Below, piece by piece: positions 48,030 to 55,898 of a DNA stretch of 64,000 bases. Position 1 is the stretch's first letter, and the number at the start of each line of letters is the position of its first letter. The notes beneath the pieces were generated by a model, which worked only from the letters and a program-made list of their open reading frames with translations, made no database searches and was not told the origin of the DNA. Source of the DNA: an uncultured Gammaproteobacteria bacterium (lineage in GTDB: Bacteria; Pseudomonadota; Gammaproteobacteria; Legionellales; Legionellaceae). The DNA lies in the NCBI GenBank assembly GCA_963803545.1, contig CAWDMX010000001.1, positions 753,013 through 817,012 on the forward strand, given 5' to 3'. A program made the position numbers and the translations under genes.

Positions 48030-48054
48030 AATTAATCGTAATAATGGTTTTTGT

Positions 48055-49119
48055 ATGACACAGATAAAATTGAATGAAAATTTGTATTTGCAACCTCATG
48101 AAAATGGAATAATTATTCATCTCCCTGATGATCAATCACTTAAAATTGAAGAAAAAGAATTTTTTATCGATTTACTTTATGAGATTAAAAAATCTGGAAT
48201 ACAGGGTAAAGAAGAAATTTATAAACAACTTTATTTTAAACATGATGTATCTGAAGACGAATTTAATGAGGTCTTTCAGATTTTAATTGATAATAATATT
48301 GTAAAATCTAAAACCGAATTCGCGCATACACTGTCGGATAAAGAATTAATAAAATTTGATAGACAGATCAAAAGTTTTGCTACTTTAAAAGGCAATAATA
48401 TTGATGATGCCATCCATTTTCAGGAAAAAATAAAGAACGCTCATGTGGGGATTTTAGGTGTTGGTGGTGTTGGTTCTTACGTAGCATATGGATTGGCTTC
48501 CATGGGTATTGGAAAACTAACACTTATTGATCATGATCACATTGAATTAAGCAATACCGCCAGACAAATGCTTTACAATGAAGATGATATTGGCAAACAA
48601 AAACTTGATGTTGCTGAGAAAAAGCTAAAACTAGTTAACCCAGATGCTGAGATTACTACAGTTAATCAAAGAGTAACTCGCCCCCAAGATTTAGAACTTT
48701 ATTTAGGCAGCCTTGATATTTTAATTTTGTGTGCAGATATACCAAGAGGCAAAATTGTATATGTCGTCGATGAAGCCTGCCAAAATAAACAGTGTCCATT
48801 TATTTTTGGACTACCTTCTTTTAACCAAATAACTTGTGGTCCGCTAATCATCCCTAACAAGACAAGAAGTTATAAAGAAATTTTCCCTAATCAATCTGAA
48901 ACACATGAAACAAATATTTCAGACTCAGAAAAAGAGAAAACTGATTTAATCAATTCTGGTTTAGTTGCAACCATTATTGATCCATACAATGCTATTGCTG
49001 GGAAACTTGTTGCTCTGGAAGTAATAAAATTTTTAACAAATTTTTTACCTTGCCAGCTAATTGATCGCGTGTTTAATTTCGATACCAATACATTAAATTC
49101 CTGTATTACTGAGGTGTAG
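48055..49119 (+). CDS. ThiF/MccB/PaaA-type E1-like adenylating enzyme with N-terminal ~110-aa extension
   Basis: Motifs are HVGILGVGGVGSYVAYGLASMGIGKLTLIDHDHIELSNTARQ and DILILCADIP. The N-terminal part is helix-rich (FFIDLLYEIKKSG...FQILIDNNIV). No CxxC zinc motifs were seen. Confidence 0.85.
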   Translation: MTQIKLNENLYLQPHENGIIIHLPDDQSLKIEEKEFFIDLLYEIKKSGIQGKEEIYKQLYFKHDVSEDEFNEVFQILIDNNIVKSKTEFAHTLSDKELIKFDRQIKSFATLKGNNIDDAIHFQEKIKNAHVGILGVGGVGSYVAYGLASMGIGKLTLIDHDHIELSNTARQMLYNEDDIGKQKLDVAEKKLKLVNPDAEITTVNQRVTRPQDLELYLGSLDILILCADIPRGKIVYVVDEACQNKQCPFIFGLPSFNQITCGPLIIPNKTRSYKEIFPNQSETHETNISDSEKEKTDLINSGLVATIIDPYNAIAGKLVALEVIKFLTNFLPCQLIDRVFNFDTNTLNSCITEV

Positions 49120-49120
49120 T

Positions 49121-50158
49121 TTGTCTTTTTCTTCTATTAAATTAACTGAACTTGTCAAACAAACAGGGAGTACACCTGTTAATTTATTTAATTTACTCTC
49201 TCTAGTGGAGCATAAAACGAATGTTCCACTGAGTACTGATTGGCAGATTTTTAAAAAAAATGACGACACTATTCTCTTGGAAAAAATATTTAAAGAGTAT
49301 GGCCCTAATAGTAACTTACAGAATGTATTTGACTATTTATTAGAGTGTGAATCTACATACTCAAACCTTCTATCCAGTTATTTAACACAATATCGAGATC
49401 AGAAGAAAAGTAAGAACGATCTTTTTCACAAGTATGGGTATAATTTAAAAAATTTAAAACAAGAGCCATGTCTTCATAGAGAGCAAGAGCAAGAACTTAT
49501 AAAAATTTGTCTTAAAAGAAATTATAAAAATAATATAATGCTCATCGGTGAATCTGGCGTAGGAAAAACCTTTCTTATTGCATCGATTGCTCATATTCTA
49601 AACTTAGACATTTACTACATAGACATTAGCAGCATATTATCTGGCTCTAAATATCGCGGCGAATTTGAAAAGAAATTTCACGATATTCTTAATGAGGCTT
49701 TAACTCACAGGAAAATTTTATTTTTTGATGAAGCTCATACGATACTAAATACCGGAAATTCTGACGGAGGAATATCTGGTGCTGATATATTAAAGCCTTA
49801 TCTTATGCTTGCAGACTTTCAAATGATAGGAGCAACGACAATCGATGAAGCAGCTATATTTGTTAACGATAAAGCTTTTGAAAGACGTTTTAATTTTATT
49901 CACCTTGAAGAGCTAACTGTAGAAAATACAAAAGAGATCATAAAAAGTAAGCATCAACAAATCAGTGATTGGGATCCTCTCCTTATAGATAAAATATTTG
50001 TATATTTAGGTAACACATTCAAGAGCAGAAACTACCCAGATAAAGCACTTGATTTTTTTGATTTTTATTTTTCTGGTGAAAAATTATCTTCGTTTAAAAT
50101 TGATGAAATGGAAAAAGTATTCAGCCTTTTTAATCGCATGAATAATATGTCAGTATAA
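49121..50158 (+). CDS. Clp-type AAA+ protein with N-domain-like region and D1 module only
   Basis: Motifs are NIMLIGESGVGKTF (Walker A at 49547-49570), ILFFDEAHTIL, GATTIDE and FERRFNFIHLEE, matching ClpA/B D1. The TTG start is 1 nt after the upstream stop. There is no D2 module. Confidence 0.8.
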   Translation: MSFSSIKLTELVKQTGSTPVNLFNLLSLVEHKTNVPLSTDWQIFKKNDDTILLEKIFKEYGPNSNLQNVFDYLLECESTYSNLLSSYLTQYRDQKKSKNDLFHKYGYNLKNLKQEPCLHREQEQELIKICLKRNYKNNIMLIGESGVGKTFLIASIAHILNLDIYYIDISSILSGSKYRGEFEKKFHDILNEALTHRKILFFDEAHTILNTGNSDGGISGADILKPYLMLADFQMIGATTIDEAAIFVNDKAFERRFNFIHLEELTVENTKEIIKSKHQQISDWDPLLIDKIFVYLGNTFKSRNYPDKALDFFDFYFSGEKLSSFKIDEMEKVFSLFNRMNNMSV

Positions 50159-50170
50159 GTTGGTTTATAA

Positions 50171-51394
50171 ATGCAATTATTCTACAGACTATTAATTTAT
50201 ACTATATTATTTTCAAGCATCAGAATGCTCGTGGGAGGCTACTCTTCTTTATATTTAACCAATCACGGGTTATCTATTGCGGATATCTCCTTTTTAAAAG
50301 CGTTTCAAGGAATAGTAATTGTACTTATTCAAGTTCCGGTAGGGGTGATCATTGATAGATGCAATAATAGGTTTCCTTTCATACTGATTTCAATTTTTCT
50401 TGCAGCCATTTGGATGTTTTTAACTGCCATAGGTAATACAACGTCTATTTTCTTTGCAGCAGAATTTTTTAATGGTTTGTCTTTGGCAATTTTTAATGCA
50501 GTGATGTTGCCTATCTTAGTTGAAACTTATTCTTATGAGACAGGAAAGGATGATTATAACTACACATTAGGCAAGTTTTTCAAATATCAAAACTTATTAA
50601 TGGTAGTGTCTGTACTTTTAGGCAGTGTTTTTGTAACGGTGGAGTCCAGATACGTCTGGTTTGTTGCCTCTTCTATTTTAACAATAATGGGGGTATTTTC
50701 TCTTTTAGCTAATGATTTAAAGAAATTTAATATCACTTCATCAAAAAAACCACTACTAAATAAAGCGAGGTTACACTTCAAGAATTTATTTAATGTATTG
50801 AAAGTTGAAAACGCCATTATTTTATTTATTGCTAATATCTCGCTGGTTACTGTGTTTCAAATTTTAGCTCAATTTTGGCAGGTAATCATTTATGATTATT
50901 TAGGTGAACATACTTCTAATGCAATAGTATATGGACTTATATTTGCCGTTATTTTAGTATTTCAAGCACTAGGATCATTCTTTGCTGAAAAGAAAAACTC
51001 ACTAAAAATAAGCTTGTTTTTTATGGCTTTTTTCGTTGCTACTACATGCTATCTAATGGGATATAACGGAAATGAAATCTATAAAATAATCCCTATTATC
51101 CTGTTTCTTTTTTGTTTTATTTTATTTAAATATCCTTCAATTATTATAAGCGCATTACTGCATAAAAATATCAGCAATGACATTAGGGCAACTTTTGATT
51201 CACTAATTAGTACAATTTCAATGTTGGTATCAATCGGCACATTTTATATGATTGGAATTTTACTCAATAACTTTGGAAATAAAGTAATTATTTTATCTTT
51301 GACATTTTTAATGATGACAAGTTTTTTTAGCACATTTCTATACGTGATTAAAACAAGATATAGCCTAAGAACTAGTTTAGTAACGAGTTCTTAG
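50171..51394 (+). CDS. MFS transporter (about 12 TM)
   Basis: The protein is hydrophobic throughout, with a central loop KKFNITSSKKPLLNKARLHFKN separating two six-helix halves. Confidence 0.8.
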   Translation: MQLFYRLLIYTILFSSIRMLVGGYSSLYLTNHGLSIADISFLKAFQGIVIVLIQVPVGVIIDRCNNRFPFILISIFLAAIWMFLTAIGNTTSIFFAAEFFNGLSLAIFNAVMLPILVETYSYETGKDDYNYTLGKFFKYQNLLMVVSVLLGSVFVTVESRYVWFVASSILTIMGVFSLLANDLKKFNITSSKKPLLNKARLHFKNLFNVLKVENAIILFIANISLVTVFQILAQFWQVIIYDYLGEHTSNAIVYGLIFAVILVFQALGSFFAEKKNSLKISLFFMAFFVATTCYLMGYNGNEIYKIIPIILFLFCFILFKYPSIIISALLHKNISNDIRATFDSLISTISMLVSIGTFYMIGILLNNFGNKVIILSLTFLMMTSFFSTFLYVIKTRYSLRTSLVTSS

Positions 51395-52443
51395 ATAACC
51401 ATTCCTTCTAATAAACTAACTGTCTCTTCCATTGGATTAATCTCGGCTAAACAGCTATAAGGCATTATCCACATTGGATCAGAGTGTCCAAAGTCCATAT
51501 TAACTACTACAGAAACTTGGAGTAATTGATATTCTTCAAATACGTCTAAAATGGCTTTTCCATAGTCTTTAAATTGCGGGACTAAGATATGCTGACCACC
51601 TGGCTTACTAAATAAAATGCCCCCTATCTTAGCCAGTATTCCTTGAGCCGCTAAGTTTCGTAAGAAACGTTTTAAAAATAATGGGGCTACACCTTCTTCT
51701 GAAGTTTCTAAGAAAAGAATACAGCCAGCCCAAACATCTAATGAAGGCCAAATTTCGGTGGCATTGATAAACTGTAATACTTCAACACAGCCGCCTAATA
51801 AACGTCCTTGAACTATTTTGTCAGTACATCCAATAAATTCCCATTTCATTTCGGGCTCAAGCTTTCTTTGGATCACTTGATTGGAAGGTTTTTGCCAATC
51901 TAAATATTCCTTAGTCCATCCCTCACTTGCTTTGGGAATGGGACCTATTTTATCCGTTGAAAAAAAACTCTGTTTTATCGCACTTACTGTGTACTCATGC
52001 ATTGCTGCATTTTCTGCGAAACCTGTCATTACCGAAGTACCATAAAAGCTTGCTATGCCCGCTTTTAAGCACATAAAATGCAAAACAGTACTGTCTGAAT
52101 AACCTAAAACTATTTTTGGGTTTTTACGAATGATTTCAAAGTCAATGTAAGGTAATAACCTTATGGCATCCTCTCCGCCAATCGTTGAGAAAATTCCTTT
52201 GATAGATGGGTCTAAAAACGCTTGCATTAAATCTTCTGCTCTAGCCTTGGGATTTCGGTATACCCAATCAGCATCTTTTAATGCATGGGGCATTTCAACC
52301 ACTTCCAATTCAAAAACAGATTCGATTCGTTGTTTACCTGCTTCATAACGATAAGGAAAAGCACCAGGGCCGCCCCATGAAGCACTGATCACTGCAATTT
52401 TATCTCCAGGATTCAATTTTTGAGGGAGAATTAATTGCTTCAT
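51391..52443 (-). CDS. S66 peptidase (LD-carboxypeptidase LdcA / MccF family)
   Basis: Motifs are LNPGDKIAVISASWG, IVLGYSDSTVLH (nucleophile Ser motif) and DFGHSDPMWIMP (His motif). The stop overlaps the MFS stop by 4 nt. Confidence 0.85.
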   Translation of the reverse strand: MKQLILPQKLNPGDKIAVISASWGGPGAFPYRYEAGKQRIESVFELEVVEMPHALKDADWVYRNPKARAEDLMQAFLDPSIKGIFSTIGGEDAIRLLPYIDFEIIRKNPKIVLGYSDSTVLHFMCLKAGIASFYGTSVMTGFAENAAMHEYTVSAIKQSFFSTDKIGPIPKASEGWTKEYLDWQKPSNQVIQRKLEPEMKWEFIGCTDKIVQGRLLGGCVEVLQFINATEIWPSLDVWAGCILFLETSEEGVAPLFLKRFLRNLAAQGILAKIGGILFSKPGGQHILVPQFKDYGKAILDVFEEYQLLQVSVVVNMDFGHSDPMWIMPYSCLAEINPMEETVSLLEGMVI

Positions 52444-52687
52444 CTATTTTATCCTTTAATAAACATAATAAAAACCAGTGAAGATATTAAAAAGCATAAT
52501 AAATAATACCTATCGCTAGTAATGTTGATATAGAGACACATGTCCCCATTCGAATTTGTTGTACATTCCCTTCTGTGAACATAAAGCTCATGCTTCTTAA
52601 AAAAGCAATAATTAACTTAAATGGGCCTCGAGAAACAAAATTAATTAAAGGATAAAGGAGAAAAGCAACAACAATGGAAAGCAGATC

Positions 52688-53885
52688 GGTAATCGTCCCT
52701 AAAAATAATTGATGCCAAAAGTAGAATTTTCTCGTACCCTTTACGCAGGAGATTCTGCATGAAAAAATCAAAATTTAGTGACAGTCAAATTATGTCGATC
52801 ATCAAGCAAAGTGAAGCATGCGTACCTGTTCCAGAACTTTGTCGTGAACATGGCATGAGTTCAGCAACGTTTTATAAATGGCGTGCAAAATATGGTGGCC
52901 TGGACTTGCCGATGATGACCCGACTAAAAGAGCTCGAGTCTGAAAATGCCCGTTTGAAGAAGATGTACGCTGAAGAGCGCCTAAAATCTGAGATTCTTCG
53001 CGAGGTGCTTGAAAAAAAGTAGTTAAGCCATCCAGTCGAAAGCAGCTTGCACAGAAAGCCGTGCAGGAAAAATTTATCTCCGTACGGATGGCCTGTTGTT
53101 TATTTAGCATTAGTGAAACTTGCTATCGTTACCAATTGAAGCTGAATGATGAAAATGCTCATATTGCAGACTGGTTGTTGCGTTTGACTAAAAATAATCG
53201 CAATTGGGGTTTTGGCCTTTGTTTTTTATATTTGCGTAACGTTAAAGGTTACAAATGGAACCATAAGCGTGTTTATCGTATTTATAGAGAGCTCGAGCTG
53301 AATTTAAGAATCAAACCCAAAAAGCGGTTAATTAGGGAAAAGCCAGAGGCGCTAACGGTTCCTCAAGCAATAAACGAATGCTGGTCAATGGATTTTATGC
53401 ATGATCAGTTACAAAACGGGCGTAGTTATCGTTTATTTAACGTGATTGATGACTTCAATCGAGAAGGCCTTACCATTGAAGCTGACTTCTCTTTGCCTGC
53501 TGAGCGTGTGATTAGGGCGCTTGATCAGGTTATTGAGTGGCGTGGTAAGCCTTTTCAGATACGTTGTGATAATGGACCTGAATATATCAGTCACTTGCTT
53601 ACACAATGGGCTGAAAAACACAAAATAACGCTATTGTTTATTCAGCCAGGCAACCCACAACAAAATGCCTATGTTGAGCGTTATAACAGAACCGTACGAT
53701 ATGATTGGTTAAACCAGTATTTATTTAGTACGATCGAGGAAGTTCAGAATATGGCCACAAAATGGTTGTGGTCTTATAACAACGAACGGCCTAACATGGC
53801 AATTGGAGGTATACCGCCCAGACAAAAACTGAAATTAGTAGCTTAGTTTCTACTTTTAGCGTCAGTTAAAAATGGGGGGATTACC
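52688..53885 (+). mobile_element. IS3-family insertion sequence, intact
   Basis: IRs of about 40 bp are GGTAATCGTCCCTAAAAATAATTGATGCCAAAAGTAGAA versus the complement of TTCTACTTTTAGCGTCAGTTAAAAATGGGGGGATTACC. A GATC direct repeat lies at 52684-52687 and 53886-53889. Confidence 0.85.
52759..53846 (+). CDS. IS3 transposase OrfA/OrfAB
   Basis: OrfA is 52759-53022 (HTH plus leucine zipper). The slippery A AAA AAG lies at 53013-53019. The -1 frame continues [23 protein letters not shown] into OrfB (53061-53846; DFMHD...DNGPEY...[10 protein letters not shown]). Confidence 0.9.
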
Positions 53886-54351
53886 GATCGTTTCTAGTTT
53901 TACCATACTCTCTTATAAAGTCAGATAAGACGCTTTGCTGTAAAGGGTGGTTAAAATATGTTTCTGAGGTATATAAGAACATATAGGCTAAGCTTAAAAG
54001 GGCATACAACATAAGTATTGTAATAAAGTAATAAGCTCCATTAGATAAAAAAATTCTTTCATTAATCTGTTGGGCTAAAGTTTTTTTAGTTGAGATTGCC
54101 AGATTAACTTCAGATCGAACGTGCAATGTTTGATGCAAGTAATCTTTAGAAAGTTCCTTGGTAGGCCACATACTATCAACCCATTTAGTGAAAAGTACAC
54201 CAATAACACTTACTAAGATACTTTGAAAAAGGGGCGACATGATGAGAATATTTCCTTACAAATGCTAAAGCGTCTTACTCCATCTTTCTACATTGCTTCT
54301 ACATGAGAATTTCAGAACTTCGGTGTTATTCGCCACAACCCTTATGTGGTG

Positions 54352-54427
54352 TGGCTCCCCGGGACGGGCTCGAACCGCCGACCTAATGATTAACAGTCAT
54401 CCGCTCTACCGACTGAGCTACCGGGGA
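54352..54427 (-). tRNA. tRNA-Asn (GTT)
   Basis: The reverse complement folds as a cloverleaf: acceptor TCCCCGG/CCGGGGA, D arm TAGCTCAGTCGGTAGAGC, anticodon loop CTGTTAA, T arm GGTTCGAGCCC, and an encoded CCA. Confidence 0.95.
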
Positions 54428-54481
54428 ATGTGGGCAGAATCTTAAATGGATTCTGGCTTTTGGTCAAGAGGTTATTGCAAT

Positions 54482-55660
54482 TTATTGACAAAATTTTTGT
54501 AACCGGTCCATGGCGTCGGTTAACAGGGGCATGCTTGTTGCGAAAGATAATCGAATACAGCCCTCACTCCCAAACGCGGAACCTGGGACTAGGGCAAGGC
54601 CGGACTGTTGCAGTAAAGTGTTGGCAAATTCTATATCGTTTTGGTAGCCTTTTTTTTCAATAATCGATTGCACATTGGGGAAAATATAAAAAGTTCCATC
54701 GGCCGGAATTACGTCGATTCCAGGTATAGCTATCAACCTGTCTATTAAGTAGTTGTGGCGTTGCTGAAAGGTTTGCACCATCTTATGTACGGTTTCTTGT
54801 TCACCATTTAAAGCCGCAACCGCGGCTTTTTGTGCAATGGAGCAGGGGTTGGAAGTGGATTGAGACTGGATAGTTTTCATCGCGTTGATTAAGGGAGCGG
54901 GGCCTCCGGCATAGCCTATTCTCCATCCGGTCATAGCGTAGGCCTTAGAAACACCGTTAAGCACGACCGTTCGGTCGTATAGCTCAGGGCAAACATTTAC
55001 AATATTTGCAAAGACATGAGACCAAATTATATGTTCGTACATGTCGTCGGTTGCGATATAAACGTGAGGGTTTTGTTGTAATATTTTGGCTAAGGAGGAA
55101 AGCTCTGCTGCGGTATAGGCCACTCCTGATGGATTGGACGGGCTGTTTAAAAATACCAATTTCGTTTTAGGGGTAATTGCACGCGACAATTGCTCTGCGT
55201 TAATTTTATAGTGCGCGCTGGAGTGTGCTTCAATAATTACCGGAGTTCCTCCCGCTAGTAAGACGATATCAGGATAGGAAACCCAATAGGGCGCGGGTAT
55301 GATTACCTCATCACCGGCTTCTATCAAAGCTTGGCACAAATTATAAATACTTTGCTTACCGCCTACGGAAACCAACACTTGGTTTAATGTGTAATCAAGA
55401 TTATTATCCCGCTTGAATTTGTCACAGATAGCCTGTTTTAACTCAACTATACCGTCAACAGGGGTGTATTTCGTAAACCCGTCCTTAATCGCCTGTATCG
55501 CGGCTTTTTTGATAGCCTGCGGCGTGTCAAAATCAGGCTCTCCAGTCCCTAGATTAATGATATCCAACCCTTGGGCTTGCATCTGCGAAGCCTTAGCCGC
55601 TACCGCTAAGGTAGGTGATGGTTTAACTTGTTGAACGCGGTTGCTAAGTATAATAGGCAT
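54482..55660 (-). CDS. class I pyridoxal-phosphate aminotransferase (aspartate aminotransferase type)
   Basis: Motifs are LGTGEPDFDTP, NSPSNPSGVAY and SKAYAMTGWRIGY (PLP lysine motif). Confidence 0.9.
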   Translation of the reverse strand: MPIILSNRVQQVKPSPTLAVAAKASQMQAQGLDIINLGTGEPDFDTPQAIKKAAIQAIKDGFTKYTPVDGIVELKQAICDKFKRDNNLDYTLNQVLVSVGGKQSIYNLCQALIEAGDEVIIPAPYWVSYPDIVLLAGGTPVIIEAHSSAHYKINAEQLSRAITPKTKLVFLNSPSNPSGVAYTAAELSSLAKILQQNPHVYIATDDMYEHIIWSHVFANIVNVCPELYDRTVVLNGVSKAYAMTGWRIGYAGGPAPLINAMKTIQSQSTSNPCSIAQKAAVAALNGEQETVHKMVQTFQQRHNYLIDRLIAIPGIDVIPADGTFYIFPNVQSIIEKKGYQNDIEFANTLLQQSGLALVPGSAFGSEGCIRLSFATSMPLLTDAMDRLQKFCQ

Positions 55661-55898
55661 CTGAACTCCAAAAAAATAATTACAAGCATTGGCACAATTG
55701 TATTCGCGGCTTTTTTAAATACGTCTAGCACTAAAAACCGAGTCACTAGGGAATTGCAATTTAGGGAAAAAATTTCTTAGGGAATTATTACAAAATATAG
55801 ATAGCTCGAAAAGAGTTTAATAGAAAGAAGTCTTCTCTTGGGAGGAAATCGACATTCTGTGTATAATAGCCGGTTTATTCCGTTTTATGTAAACTGTT

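Larger units (their letters stand above)
52487..54240 (-). pseudogene. membrane protein gene split by IS3 insertion
   Basis: The 5' part is 53886-54240 and the 3' part is 52487-52687. Removing 52688-53885 plus one GATC copy restores a single 183-codon frame (...GKTRND|LLSIVVAFLL...). Confidence 0.7.
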
